A DNA stretch of 64,000 nucleotides from Escherichia phage vB_EcoM-Pr103Blw, in sequence record MW481326.1, one strand, 5' to 3'. The notes under the pieces are model-generated. The model was not told the origin of the DNA. It did not search any database and saw nothing but the letters and a program-made list of their open reading frames with translations. This document shows, in pieces, positions 15,163 to 24,952 of this stretch; position 1 is the stretch's first letter; each line of letters opens with the position of its first letter. Made by a program: the position numbers and the translations under genes.

Positions 15163-15235
15163 AGCGGTATAGCATAACTGGCAATGCAGCAGTCTCTGAA
15201 GCTGTCTTATTAAGGTTCAAATCCTTATGCCGCTG
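15163..15235 (+). tRNA. tRNA-Gln (anticodon CTG)
   Basis: D-stem GCAT/ATGC, anticodon stem GCAGT/GCTGT loop CTCTGAA, T-arm TAAGG-TTCAAAT-CCTTA, CCA encoded. Confidence 0.6.
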
Positions 15236-15269
15236 CCACTTCTAAGGATTCTTACGAGAGTCCTTAAAT

Positions 15270-15342
15270 GTGGCCTTATCATAAACGGTAATGACCCATG
15301 CTGTGAACATGGTCTATACGGGTTCAAATCCCGTAGGTCACC
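15270..15342 (+). tRNA. tRNA-His (anticodon GTG)
   Basis: anticodon stem CCATG/CATGG loop CTGTGAA, T-arm ACGGG-TTCAAAT-CCCGT, discriminator C, CCA encoded. Confidence 0.65.
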
Positions 15343-15350
15343 CCAATTTA

Positions 15351-15425
15351 TAGTCCAAGTAGCTTATATGGTTAAAGCGCGTGTCTGAAAAACATGAGAA
15401 GAGGGTTCAAATCCCACTGGACTAC
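15351..15425 (+). tRNA. tRNA-Phe (anticodon GAA)
   Basis: perfect acceptor TAGTCCA/TGGACTA, anticodon stem CGTGT/ACATG loop CTGAAAA, T-loop TTCAAAT; exact ends uncertain. Confidence 0.55.
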
Positions 15426-15443
15426 CAATTTCAAAGGTGCTTA

Positions 15444-16178
15444 ATGAAAGAGATGACAGAACAAGGTAAGGAGATTTTCAATCTCTTAAAAACTGGTAAA
15501 GGGTTTTCTAACCCCCTTATTACTGGTGCAGCAGTTCTCGGTGGAACCGTAGCTGCCTCTACATCACTTGTAAGCTCTATTAGCTCTGTATCAGACCCTA
15601 CAGTAAAGGATAAGCTTGTTGCTGCTGGACTTACAACAGTTCTGCTTAACAGCTTTACCACGAGTCTGACAAGCACTACATCAACTACCAAAACACTGAC
15701 AGATTATGGTCAAAAGTCCATTGATGAGTTCTCATCACGTATGCAGGTAGCAAAAGGTTATTCTAATGTTATGGGTGCAGCAGGTGAACAAGTTGGCTGT
15801 ACACCATTTAGTGGTATTATGGGTGTTGCTACAGAGTATGGTCAAAAAGCTATTGATACGATTAACAGTGCACTAGATAGTGTTAATGGTGTGTTAAGTG
15901 ACTTACAAGATGCTATTGACAAAGGTCTTGATACTATTTCTGATTTAGCTGAGCAAGCTGTTAGTAAGATTAATGAAGGTATTTCAAAAATTACAGCTTA
16001 TGCAGATGAAGTTGTACAGATGATTGAAGAAGAAGCTGCTCTTATTGCAGAGTACCTTAAAACGAATATCAATGGGTTCTTAGCAGGTATCTTACCAGAC
16101 TGGTTTGATGATGCTTGTAAAACTGGTGTAATTGACACTATTGCAACACCAGAAATGAAGAACGCATTACAGAAATAA
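15444..16178 (+). CDS. hypothetical Ser/Thr-rich protein
   Basis: ORF-track ORF starts inside tRNA-Phe; internal ATG at 15444 preceded by AAAGGTG chosen as start. Confidence 0.5.
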   Translation: MKEMTEQGKEIFNLLKTGKGFSNPLITGAAVLGGTVAASTSLVSSISSVSDPTVKDKLVAAGLTTVLLNSFTTSLTSTTSTTKTLTDYGQKSIDEFSSRMQVAKGYSNVMGAAGEQVGCTPFSGIMGVATEYGQKAIDTINSALDSVNGVLSDLQDAIDKGLDTISDLAEQAVSKINEGISKITAYADEVVQMIEEEAALIAEYLKTNINGFLAGILPDWFDDACKTGVIDTIATPEMKNALQK

Positions 16179-16180
16179 AT

Positions 16181-16270
16181 GGAAGATTAACCCTAAAAGG
16201 TAAGGGAGCAGTTTGCTAAACTGCCAGTAGCTGAGAAATCGGTGTACCAGTTCAAGTCTGGTATCTTCCT
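16181..16270 (+). tRNA. tRNA-Ser (anticodon GCT), long variable arm
   Basis: perfect acceptor GGAAGAT/ATCTTCC, anticodon stem GCAGT/ACTGC loop TTGCTAA, about 20-nt variable arm, T-arm ACCAG-TTCAAGT-CTGGT, CCA encoded. Confidence 0.7.
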
Positions 16271-16277
16271 CCAATTT

Positions 16278-16350
16278 GAATCCGTGACAGAAATGGCTAT
16301 GTGCCTGTCTGCAAAACAGGTTTATAAGGGTTCGAGTCCCTTCGGATTCT
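16278..16350 (+). tRNA. tRNA-Cys (anticodon GCA)
   Basis: perfect acceptor GAATCCG/CGGATTC, anticodon stem CCTGT/ACAGG loop CTGCAAA, T-arm AAGGG-TTCGAGT-CCCTT, CCA encoded. Confidence 0.7.
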
Positions 16351-16391
16351 CCAAGTTATTTTACTCTCTCTCAATTAAAATAATAATAATG

Positions 16392-16451
16392 CCCTGCTAT
16401 AAGTATTCTTCCTTTCGCTACCGAAGAGTATTTTTAGACAGGGCTTTTTTA
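16392..16451 (+). terminator. hairpin GCCCTG ... CAGGGC followed by TTTTTT, closing the tRNA array
   Basis: Stem arms and T6 run read directly downstream of last tRNA. Confidence 0.5.
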
Positions 16452-16516
16452 CAGAGTTATACTTTATAGGAAGACTTATACAGTATGTCTCTGACGTACA
16501 TTGTGGTTTCTCCTTG

Positions 16517-16540
16517 ACGGTCTCTGTGCCGTCTTTTTTA
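16517..16540 (+). terminator. Rho-independent terminator GACGG-tctctgtg-CCGTC + TTTTTT
   Basis: GC stem then T6. Confidence 0.55.
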
Positions 16541-16575
16541 AGGGGAAACATGGTTAACTATTTGGAGAAAACATA

Positions 16576-16776
16576 ATGAGCGAGACCGTTTATAAAGAAC
16601 TTTATGAAGCTAATAAAAAGCTAGAATTTATGCAGAATACTATCATGGCAATTGCAGACAGATTGTCTGTAGCAACAGGTATTGATATTAAAGAGGCATC
16701 TATGGATGCACTTCTTGATGCTGTTGATGCAAAGTTCGAAGTTAAGAAAGAAGAGACTGCTACAGACTCTGAATAA
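16576..16776 (+). CDS. hypothetical small protein
   Basis: 66-aa ORF directly upstream of terminase with RBS GGAGAAAA. Confidence 0.4.
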   Translation: MSETVYKELYEANKKLEFMQNTIMAIADRLSVATGIDIKEASMDALLDAVDAKFEVKKEETATDSE

Positions 16777-16797
16777 TTCTATTTGCGGAGGTGCTTA

Positions 16798-18399
16798 ATG
16801 GACTTAAATGCTGTTAAGCAGAAGCGAGTGGAAGATGTTAGGAAAGTCCTAGCTGGAGAGTTGGGGCTTTCTGATGAAGTAAAAGAAATTATCAAATCAT
16901 TCGGTAAAGACCCCTCTAAATTCCTTCCAACTCAAATTCTGACTTTATTAAGATACACACCAGACCAAGTTAGACTTATCTTCAAATTGATGACTGATAA
17001 GAATTATGTAGCCCCTCAGCCGGGTTCTCAAGAGGTCTTTTTAAATACTAATGCTGACTTGGTTCTCTATGGTGGTGCTGCTGGTGCTGGTAAAACTGCT
17101 GCATTGTTAATGGATTCTTTAAGGTTTATTGAAGACCCTAACTATAATGCTGTATATTTCCGTCGAAATACAACACAGCTACAAGGTGGTTTATGGCCTG
17201 CTGCAAAGAAACTATTTGGTAAGTTTGGTGGGGTTCCTCACGAGCAGAAGATGACTATCACATTCCCTTCTGGGGCAACTATCAAGTTTACTTATTTAGA
17301 ACTTGAAAAACACGCTGAAGGTCATCAGGGTATTGAATACTCAGCTATTTACTTTGACGAAGGTACACACTTCTCTGCTTCACAGATTTCATACCTACAA
17401 ACCCGTCTGCGTTCTGGTGCTGAAGGTGATTCATACATGAAGATTTCTATGAACCCAGACAGAGACCACTTTATTTACGATTGGGTAGAACCTTTCTTAG
17501 ATGAAGAAGGTTATCCAGACCCTGAAAAGTGTGGTCGTATTCGTTGGTATGTAATGAATGACGGTGTGATGGTTTCTGATTGGGAGAGAGACAAGATTCT
17601 TGAAATGTTCCCTCTTGAGATTCCTCAAACATACACCTTTATCTCGGGTACGATTGATGATAACCCAATCCTTGACTTCTTAGAGCCTAAGTACCGTGGT
17701 AAGTTGGAAAACAACACCCCTGTAAACGTTGCAAGACTTCGTTTCGGTAACTGGAAGGCTCGCGCAGAAGGTTCAAACTATTGGCAAAGACAATGGTGTG
17801 AGATTGTTGATTCACTCCCAGAAGATGTATTTGATGTTAGAGCATGGGACTTAGCAGCAACTTTACCATCTGAGATTAACCCTAATCCAGACTGGACAGC
17901 AGGTGTTAAGATGGGTAAATCTAAAAAAGACGGTTGCTATTATATCATTGATGTAGTAAGATTTAGAGATAGACCCTCTGGAGTCGAAACACAAATTAAT
18001 TTGACTGCTGAAAGTGACGGTAAGCGAACTGGTATTTTTATCCCTCAAGACCCAGGCGCTGCTGGTAAATCCTACGCAACATCCCTCATCAGGAAACTTG
18101 CCGAGAAAGGTTATCGAGCAAGAGCTAAACCAACAAATAAAGATAAAGTTACCCGCTTTGCGGGATTTTCTGCTGCTTCTGAAGCTGGACTTGTAAAAGT
18201 CTTGAGAGGTAGTTGGAACGAAGCTTATTTTCAAGAGCTTGAAGGCTTTTGTGGTGATGGCAAAACTAAAGATGACCAAGTGGATGCTACCAGCGATGCT
18301 TTCAACAGTCTTAACGAAGTTAAATTATTCAAGCCACCATCAATGGGTGCTCACACAGACTTAGTGAGAGGGAACCCATATGAGGGGCTTAGACGTTGA
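16798..18399 (+). CDS. terL: terminase large subunit
   Basis: Walker A-like VLYGGAAGAGKT near N-terminus, about 530 aa, position before portal; start moved to ATG after RBS GGAGGTG. Confidence 0.75.
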   Translation: MDLNAVKQKRVEDVRKVLAGELGLSDEVKEIIKSFGKDPSKFLPTQILTLLRYTPDQVRLIFKLMTDKNYVAPQPGSQEVFLNTNADLVLYGGAAGAGKTAALLMDSLRFIEDPNYNAVYFRRNTTQLQGGLWPAAKKLFGKFGGVPHEQKMTITFPSGATIKFTYLELEKHAEGHQGIEYSAIYFDEGTHFSASQISYLQTRLRSGAEGDSYMKISMNPDRDHFIYDWVEPFLDEEGYPDPEKCGRIRWYVMNDGVMVSDWERDKILEMFPLEIPQTYTFISGTIDDNPILDFLEPKYRGKLENNTPVNVARLRFGNWKARAEGSNYWQRQWCEIVDSLPEDVFDVRAWDLAATLPSEINPNPDWTAGVKMGKSKKDGCYYIIDVVRFRDRPSGVETQINLTAESDGKRTGIFIPQDPGAAGKSYATSLIRKLAEKGYRARAKPTNKDKVTRFAGFSAASEAGLVKVLRGSWNEAYFQELEGFCGDGKTKDDQVDATSDAFNSLNEVKLFKPPSMGAHTDLVRGNPYEGLRR

Positions 18400-18415
18400 T
18401 AGCTAGGTGAGAAGA

Positions 18416-19882
18416 ATGGCAGATATTACAGAAACACAAGAAAGCTTACCACCATTTAGAATGGGTGAAGTAGGTTCTTTGGGTCTGAAGGTTAAGAATG
18501 GAAGAATCTATGAAGAACCTCGTCAGGCACTAAGGTTCCCTGAAAGTATTAAAACTTTCCAATTAATGATGCGTGACCCTGCTGTAGCAGCATCTGTAAA
18601 TATTATTAAGATGTTTGTCAGAAAAGTCAACTGGAGATTCGTACCTCCAAAGGGAAAAGAGCAAGACCCTAAAATGCTTGAAAGAGCAGACTTCTTTAAT
18701 TCTTTAATGGATGACATGGAGCATGATTGGGCAGATTTTATTAATTCTGTAATGTCATTCTGCACTTATGGGTTCTGTGTTAACGAGAAAGTTTATAAGA
18801 AGCGTCAGGGTAAAAAAGGAAAGTACCAGTCAAAATTTGATGACGGTTTAATTGGATGGGCTAAATTACCAATCAGAAACCAATCAACACTTGATAAGTG
18901 GTATTTTGACGAAGACTTTAGAAAAGTTACTGGTGTTAGACAGAATCTGAGAAATGTTTCACATATTGCTGGAGCAATTAATCTTGGAGAAAGACCATTA
19001 ACAAGAAAACTCCCACGAGCTAAATTCATGTTGTTTAAATATGATGACGAGTATGGAAACCCAGAAGGACGTTCACCATTACTTAATGCTTATGTTCCGT
19101 GGAAGTATAAAGTCCAGATTGAAGAGTATGAAGCTGTTGGCGTTTCAAGAGACTTGGTAGGTATGCCGAAGATTGGTTTGCCACCAGATTATCTGGATGA
19201 AAATGCAGAACCTGAAAAGAAAGCTTTCGTACAATACTGCAAAACTGTTGTCAATGATATGATTGCTAATGACAGAGCAGGTTTAATCTGGCCTAGATAT
19301 ATCGACCCAGATACTAAAGAGGATATTTTTGAGTTCTCATTAGTTTCTAGACAGGGTGCTAAAGCGTATGATACAGGTTCTATTATTGACAGATATTCCA
19401 AGCAGATTATGATGGCATTTATGTCAGATGTTCTTGCTATGGGTCAGTCAAAATATGGTTCATTCTCTCTTGCAGACTCTAAGACAAGCTTACTAGCAAT
19501 GTCAGTAGATATTCTGCTGAAGCAAATTAAGAACGTAATTAACCGTGATTTAGTTGCACAGACTTATGCTCTTAATATGTGGGATGATGAAGAACATGTA
19601 CAAATCACATACGATGATATCGAAACTCCAGACCTTGAAGCAATTGGTTCTTATATTCAGAAGACTGTTGCAGTAGGTGCTTTGGAAGTTGACAAAGAGC
19701 TATCTAACAAACTTAGAGAGCATATTGGTCTTCCTCCTGCTGATGAGTCTCAGCCAGTATCTGAAAAGCTTTCTCCAAATAGCCAAAGCCGTTCAGGAGA
19801 TGGTTATAAGACCGCTGGAGAAGGTACTGCAAAGACACCTTCAGCGAAAGACCCAAGCACAGCAAATAAGGCAAATAAATAA
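18416..19882 (+). CDS. portal protein (putative)
   Basis: about 490-aa ORF immediately after terminase; GTG at 18407 in ORF track replaced by ATG at 18416 after RBS AGGTGA. Confidence 0.6.
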   Translation: MADITETQESLPPFRMGEVGSLGLKVKNGRIYEEPRQALRFPESIKTFQLMMRDPAVAASVNIIKMFVRKVNWRFVPPKGKEQDPKMLERADFFNSLMDDMEHDWADFINSVMSFCTYGFCVNEKVYKKRQGKKGKYQSKFDDGLIGWAKLPIRNQSTLDKWYFDEDFRKVTGVRQNLRNVSHIAGAINLGERPLTRKLPRAKFMLFKYDDEYGNPEGRSPLLNAYVPWKYKVQIEEYEAVGVSRDLVGMPKIGLPPDYLDENAEPEKKAFVQYCKTVVNDMIANDRAGLIWPRYIDPDTKEDIFEFSLVSRQGAKAYDTGSIIDRYSKQIMMAFMSDVLAMGQSKYGSFSLADSKTSLLAMSVDILLKQIKNVINRDLVAQTYALNMWDDEEHVQITYDDIETPDLEAIGSYIQKTVAVGALEVDKELSNKLREHIGLPPADESQPVSEKLSPNSQSRSGDGYKTAGEGTAKTPSAKDPSTANKANK

Positions 19883-20382
19883 TGGCTGAAGTTATCTCTA
19901 TTTCAAATGCTACACGAGTGCATTCGTATAGGGGTGTCCTTATCATCACTGATAAGTTATCTGTAGAGGCTGGCTCAAGGGTCAGCCTTTCAGGTTATGT
20001 TAGTGATGGTGGAGTCTCTGACGTTTTCACTATTTGCAGGTTACTTGATGCACCAATGAGTGGAAAACCGTTTATTTCAGGAAATTGTAGTGAAATTGTT
20101 AAAATTCCATTTGACAGTTCATGCCTTTTGGGTGTAAAGTTATATAACTGCGAGAATAAACGTGTCAATGTTAATAGCATTGAAGCCGCTTTCATTACCC
20201 TCGATACTGCATTTCAATCCCCAATGACAGTTAACAAAGAAACAAACAGACTTGAATACATTTTTTCACAAAATGATTACAAAGTACTTGTCAAAGGTAA
20301 AGTATATGATATGATTGTAAATGTGGTAGATGAATCTGGTAACCATTCAACAGTCCTTAAACAAAAAGTAAGGTTTAATTAA
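19882..20382 (+). CDS. hypothetical head-module protein
   Basis: 166-aa ORF, start overlaps portal stop. Confidence 0.45.
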   Translation: MAEVISISNATRVHSYRGVLIITDKLSVEAGSRVSLSGYVSDGGVSDVFTICRLLDAPMSGKPFISGNCSEIVKIPFDSSCLLGVKLYNCENKRVNVNSIEAAFITLDTAFQSPMTVNKETNRLEYIFSQNDYKVLVKGKVYDMIVNVVDESGNHSTVLKQKVRFN

Positions 20383-20714
20383 TGGGAACATTAACTATTG
20401 ATGGTAAGAATAAAATCCTCGCCACGCTAACCCCAACGACTATTATTTTACACAATGTAGACCCAACGGCAGACCCTACAGCAAATAAGGTTACTCAGCC
20501 AGTGGCTATTTATTTTTCTGAACCGGATAATGGCTTAATTGCCTCAGAAGACACAGTTAACATTACTGTCCCAGCTTCTGCAACGGTCTCACACTATAGC
20601 TTGTGGGATGCTAACGATAAATGCGTGGCAACTGGTGCTCTTAGCAAACCTCAATTCTTTGCTGAAGAAGGTATCTATGTTATCTCTTCAGTCTCTGTAG
20701 ATTTAAACAAATAG
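20382..20714 (+). CDS. hypothetical head-module protein
   Basis: 110-aa ORF. Confidence 0.45.
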   Translation: MGTLTIDGKNKILATLTPTTIILHNVDPTADPTANKVTQPVAIYFSEPDNGLIASEDTVNITVPASATVSHYSLWDANDKCVATGALSKPQFFAEEGIYVISSVSVDLNK

Positions 20715-20725
20715 GGTGAGTAAAA

Positions 20726-22072
20726 ATGAGTTCGAATATCTTCAGACTTGCTGATAGATTATTCAACCAACCTTTACTAGCCACTGAATCATTAGCTCAC
20801 TCAGCAGCAACTTATGTGAATAACAGATTACTGGGTGATGTCCAAGCAGCAGTAAACTTTGATAAACCCAAAGGTGAAGCAAGAAGTCTTTTAAAAGTAA
20901 AAGATGACATTGCTATTATCCCTATTATGGGTGGTTTAACTCATCGTATGACATTCATTGATGCAATGTGTACAGGTGGTCTAAGCTCTTATGAAGGTTT
21001 ACGTAGAGGCTTTGACGAAGCTTTAGCAGATGAGTCAATCAAGACTATTGTTCTGCATATTGATTCTGGTGGCGGTGAAGCTTCAGGTTGCTTTGAATTA
21101 GCACGTCACATCATGGCTTCAAGAGGCCAAAAGAAAATTATTGCTTATGTAGATGAGTTCGCTTGTTCCGCTGCATACGCTCTTGCATCTTCTGCTGAAG
21201 AAATTATTGCATCACCAGATGCAGATGTTGGTTCTATTGGTGTAATCATGGTTCATCAGGAATTAACTAAGGCATTTGAAAAGAATGGCGTAACAATTAA
21301 CGTCATCAAAGCTGGTGAGTTTAAAGGTATGGGTTCACCATTCCAAGCACTTTCAGAAGAAAGCAAAGAAAGACTTCAAAAGAGAATTAATGATACCTAC
21401 GCAACCTTTACAGGTTTTGTAGCTGAATCACGTAATCTCTCTGAAGAAGCTGTAAAGAATACTGAGGCGAATGTTTATTCTGCTCAGGAAGCTCTTGAAC
21501 TTGGTTTAATTAACTCAATCATGTCTCAAGATGATTTCTTAAATTACTTACAAGGTTCTGAAGAGGCTCCTGTAAGTTTAAACGTTAACAATTCAGGTGA
21601 AGAAATGACTGAACAAGAAAAGCAAGAACTAGAGGCTTTGCGTCTTCAGGTTGCTCAAATGAAAGCCAAAGAACAGGAAGCTGCTTTGTCAGATTTGACT
21701 AATAAGATTTCTGCTTCTGCTGAAGCTTTTGGATTTGATGCAAAAGAAGCTGCAACGACTATTTTAGGTGCTGGTCTTGATAACCCTCTGAGTGTTCTGT
21801 TTATGAATGCTATGGAAGGTGCTAACCAGAAACTTAATGAAACTATCGCGTCCCATGCTTCTGCAATGGAAGAAAAAGAATCAGAAATTACCAAGCTGAA
21901 AGAAACTGCTGGTGCTGTTCTTGAACATTCTAATGCTATGGAAGAAATGGGTAATAACGGTGAAGCTGATTTGGTTGAAGAAGAAAAAGAACCAGCTAAG
22001 AATGCTTCCGAAGACACCGCTGAACAACGCAAACTGGCTCTCCAGAATGCTCTAAAATCTCTTATCAAATAA
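20726..22072 (+). CDS. prohead protease (S49/ClpP-like) fused to acidic coiled-coil scaffold-like C-terminus
   Basis: N-terminal half resembles SppA/ClpP-fold peptidases (IMGGLTH, GGGEASG, FACSAAYALA); C-terminal about 150 aa Glu/Ala/Lys-rich helical. Confidence 0.55.
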   Translation: MSSNIFRLADRLFNQPLLATESLAHSAATYVNNRLLGDVQAAVNFDKPKGEARSLLKVKDDIAIIPIMGGLTHRMTFIDAMCTGGLSSYEGLRRGFDEALADESIKTIVLHIDSGGGEASGCFELARHIMASRGQKKIIAYVDEFACSAAYALASSAEEIIASPDADVGSIGVIMVHQELTKAFEKNGVTINVIKAGEFKGMGSPFQALSEESKERLQKRINDTYATFTGFVAESRNLSEEAVKNTEANVYSAQEALELGLINSIMSQDDFLNYLQGSEEAPVSLNVNNSGEEMTEQEKQELEALRLQVAQMKAKEQEAALSDLTNKISASAEAFGFDAKEAATTILGAGLDNPLSVLFMNAMEGANQKLNETIASHASAMEEKESEITKLKETAGAVLEHSNAMEEMGNNGEADLVEEEKEPAKNASEDTAEQRKLALQNALKSLIK

Positions 22073-22083
22073 GGAACACAACA

Positions 22084-22461
22084 ATGGCATATCAAGGTTT
22101 TACTAAGTTAGGTAACAGAGAACCTCTGAATGATATCATTCTTTGGGAACAGATTACCCCAACAGGCCACTCTCGTAAAGAGTACACCCCACAGGCATCT
22201 ACAGAATATCGTGTAGGTGAAGTTCTGAAAGCAGACGGTACTAAAGTTGCAGCAGGGGAAGAAGCTCAGGCTGATTCTGTATGTATCGTTAACTTTTATG
22301 CAGACCTGCAACTGTCTTACCACGGTCAGTTGAAAGTTGTTGGTATTTACCGTGACGCAGAACTGAAAGACATGCTTACTCTTGAATCAAGCGTTAATGC
22401 TGATGAAGTCAAGAAAGCTCTGGCTGCTAAAGGTATTGATTTCGTACCAACTGGCCTGTAA
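22084..22461 (+). CDS. hypothetical head protein (possible decoration protein)
   Basis: 125-aa ORF between protease and capsid genes. Confidence 0.4.
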   Translation: MAYQGFTKLGNREPLNDIILWEQITPTGHSRKEYTPQASTEYRVGEVLKADGTKVAAGEEAQADSVCIVNFYADLQLSYHGQLKVVGIYRDAELKDMLTLESSVNADEVKKALAAKGIDFVPTGL

Positions 22462-22494
22462 TAACAATAATAAGACATTCTGGAGAATTTTACA

Positions 22495-23601
22495 ATGTTG
22501 ACTAATTCTGAAAAAAGCAGATTTTTCCTTGCTGACCTGACTGGTGAAGTACAGTCTATCCCAAATACTTATGGGTATATTTCCAACTTAGGTCTGTTCC
22601 GTTCAGCACCAATCACCCAAACTACTTTCCTTATGGACTTGACTGATTGGGATGTTAGCTTGCTTGATGCGGTAGACCGTGATAGCCGTAAAGCAGAGAC
22701 TAGCGCACCTGAGCGTGTTCGTCAAATCAGCTTCCCAATGATGTACTTCAAAGAAGTTGAAAGTATTACTCCTGACGAGATTCAGGGTGTACGTCAGCCA
22801 GGCACTGCAAACGAACTGACTACTGAAGCTGTAGTACGTGCTAAGAAGCTGATGAAGATTCGTACCAAGTTCGATATTACTCGTGAGTTCCTGTTCATGC
22901 AAGCTCTGAAGGGTAAAGTTGTTGATGCTCGTGGTACTCTGTACGCTGACCTGTACAAGCAGTTCGACGTTGAGAAGAAGACTATTTACTTTGACCTTGA
23001 CAACCCTAATGCTGACATCGACGCTTCTATTGAAGAACTGCGTATGCACATGGAAGACGAAGCTAAGACTGGCACTGTAATCAACGGTGAAGAAATTCAC
23101 GTAGTTGTTGACCGTGTTTTCTTCAGCAAACTGACTAAGCATCCTAAGATTCGTGATGCTTATCTTGCACAGCAGACTCCACTGGCTTGGCAGCAGATTA
23201 CTGGTTCTCTGAGAACTGGTGGTACTGATGGCGTTCAGGCTCATATGAACACTTTCTACTACGGTGGTGTTAAGTTTGTCCAGTACAACGGTAAGTTCAA
23301 AGACAAGCGTGGTAAGGTCCACACTCTGGTGAGCATTGACAGTGTAGCAGATACTGTTGGTGTTGGTCACGCCTTCCCTAACGTATCTATGTTGGGTGAA
23401 GCTAACAACATCTTCGAAGTTGCATATGGTCCATGTCCTAAGATGGGTTATGCAAATACACTTGGTCAGGAACTGTACGTATTCGAATACGAAAAAGACC
23501 GTGATGAAGGTATTGACTTTGAAGCTCACTCTTACATGCTGCCATACTGTACTCGTCCTCAGTTGCTGGTAGATGTTCGCGCTGATGCTAAAAGCGACTA
23601 A
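22495..23601 (+). CDS. major capsid protein (putative)
   Basis: 368-aa ORF after protease/scaffold gene; Thr/Val/Gly-rich codon usage typical of highly expressed genes; position-based. Confidence 0.55.
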   Translation: MLTNSEKSRFFLADLTGEVQSIPNTYGYISNLGLFRSAPITQTTFLMDLTDWDVSLLDAVDRDSRKAETSAPERVRQISFPMMYFKEVESITPDEIQGVRQPGTANELTTEAVVRAKKLMKIRTKFDITREFLFMQALKGKVVDARGTLYADLYKQFDVEKKTIYFDLDNPNADIDASIEELRMHMEDEAKTGTVINGEEIHVVVDRVFFSKLTKHPKIRDAYLAQQTPLAWQQITGSLRTGGTDGVQAHMNTFYYGGVKFVQYNGKFKDKRGKVHTLVSIDSVADTVGVGHAFPNVSMLGEANNIFEVAYGPCPKMGYANTLGQELYVFEYEKDRDEGIDFEAHSYMLPYCTRPQLLVDVRADAKSD

Positions 23602-23622
23602 TATTCTTAAGGAGGGTTATTA

Positions 23623-24072
23623 ATGTGTTATACAGGCGACCCAGCCAATAACCCTCTTGATAGAGTAAGAATCCTCTGCACAGACACCAATAACGATGAA
23701 ATTCTTATTGAACAGTCTGTGCTAGAGTGGTTCTATCAAGAATCTGGAAAGGATGAAAAGAAAGCAGCCATCAAAGCTCTTAAATATTTACTCTTTCAAG
23801 TAGCCAAGATGGGAGATGAGAAGGTTGGTGGTGTTTATTTACGTAACTCTTCCAGATTCAAATCTCTGAAAGCTGTTTACGATGACCTTGTTAAAAGCTC
23901 TGTTTCAGGACTACCATATGCAGGTGGCATTAATCAGTGTGATATTGACATGCGTCGTCAGAATCCTTGCTCTGTCAAGAAATACACAGAATATGGTGAT
24001 GCTGCCAGATACGAAGGCAGAGATTACTGCAACCGTGTAAATGGCGTATTTATTATCGAGCGAGATGAATAA
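23623..24072 (+). CDS. head-tail connector/completion protein (putative)
   Basis: 149-aa ORF, position. Confidence 0.4.
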   Translation: MCYTGDPANNPLDRVRILCTDTNNDEILIEQSVLEWFYQESGKDEKKAAIKALKYLLFQVAKMGDEKVGGVYLRNSSRFKSLKAVYDDLVKSSVSGLPYAGGINQCDIDMRRQNPCSVKKYTEYGDAARYEGRDYCNRVNGVFIIERDE

Positions 24073-24554
24073 TGGTTAAAAGGGTTATTCACCCCGCTAG
24101 AGCTAAATTAGTCGGGGCTATGAAGAACTTGCAAACGGCTAATGCTCAAGTTGGGTATTTTCAAGAACAAGGTCAACATAGCTCTGGTTTTTCTTATCCT
24201 GCTTTAATGTATTTACAAGAAGTTATTGGGGTTCCTTCAGCTTCTGGTAAAGTATATCGTAGGTTGTTTGAAATCACTATGATGCTAAACAAACAGACCT
24301 TGTTAGAGCAGACTAAGAAGAATCTATATAAGCAACTTAGTAGTCTTAACGTAGACCCTTCAAATACCTTAGAAGCATTTGCAAAGAATGCTCAAAAGGC
24401 AATTAAAAGGGGTTTTGGTAATTCTGCTATCCTCCCTCCTAACGCACCTTCCACAGTCAAGAAAAAAGGCTTTAACGCACCTCTTGTTGAGACAGGTGAC
24501 TTAAGGGATAACCTTGCTTATAAAATTTCTACTAAGAAGGGTATTAAGAAATGA
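24072..24554 (+). CDS. head-tail joining protein (putative)
   Basis: 160-aa ORF, ATGA-type overlap. Confidence 0.4.
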   Translation: MVKRVIHPARAKLVGAMKNLQTANAQVGYFQEQGQHSSGFSYPALMYLQEVIGVPSASGKVYRRLFEITMMLNKQTLLEQTKKNLYKQLSSLNVDPSNTLEAFAKNAQKAIKRGFGNSAILPPNAPSTVKKKGFNAPLVETGDLRDNLAYKISTKKGIKK

Positions 24555-24952
24555 GACTCTTAAACAGACACAGCTTTGTAGTAAAGCGTAAAGTCTCTGA
24601 AGACGGTTATTACAATGATGATGGTGATTGGGTAGCTTCACAAGATATTGTAGAGGTTAACTGCAAAGGCAATATCCAGCCATATATCAAAGGTTCTGTA
24701 AAGAACGGTACACAGATTGCTTTACCGGAAGGTATCAGACTTACCGATACAAGAATCCTGTATACCACATATAAGCTTAGAACTTCAGATGATGTAGAGT
24801 GGAATGAGTCTGATATTGTTATGATTGATGGTCATGAGTATGAAGTATTTATGACTATGGATTGGTCACAACAATTAGCCCATACATCCCATTATGAATA
24901 TATCATTATTAGAAGGGATAAAATGAATGCAGTTAGAAACAGCAGAACTTGA
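24551..24952 (+). CDS. hypothetical structural protein
   Basis: 133-aa ORF. Confidence 0.4.
   Translation: MRLLNRHSFVVKRKVSEDGYYNDDGDWVASQDIVEVNCKGNIQPYIKGSVKNGTQIALPEGIRLTDTRILYTTYKLRTSDDVEWNESDIVMIDGHEYEVFMTMDWSQQLAHTSHYEYIIIRRDKMNAVRNSRT

Noticed and set aside
15381-15443. N-terminal 21 codons of ORF-track ORF 15381..16178
   Set aside because: This extension overlaps tRNA-Phe; an internal ATG at 15444 with an AAAGGTG RBS is the more plausible start.
17863-18279. 138-aa minus-strand ORF inside the terminase gene, and similar antisense ORFs (49110..49532 in the polymerase, 41384..41800 in DHFR, 55606..55977 in the SSB-like gene, 35255..35536, 37007..37219, 39234..39548)
   Set aside because: Fully nested antisense frames within confidently coding genes; no independent start signals.
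21655-22095. 146-aa minus-strand ORF antisense to the protease/scaffold gene
   Set aside because: Same reasoning: Ser/Ala-rich low-complexity translation opposite a repetitive coding region.
22603-23529. 308-aa minus-strand ORF antisense to the major capsid gene
   Set aside because: Lies entirely within a strongly coding plus-strand gene; the long antisense frame is a by-product of codon bias.
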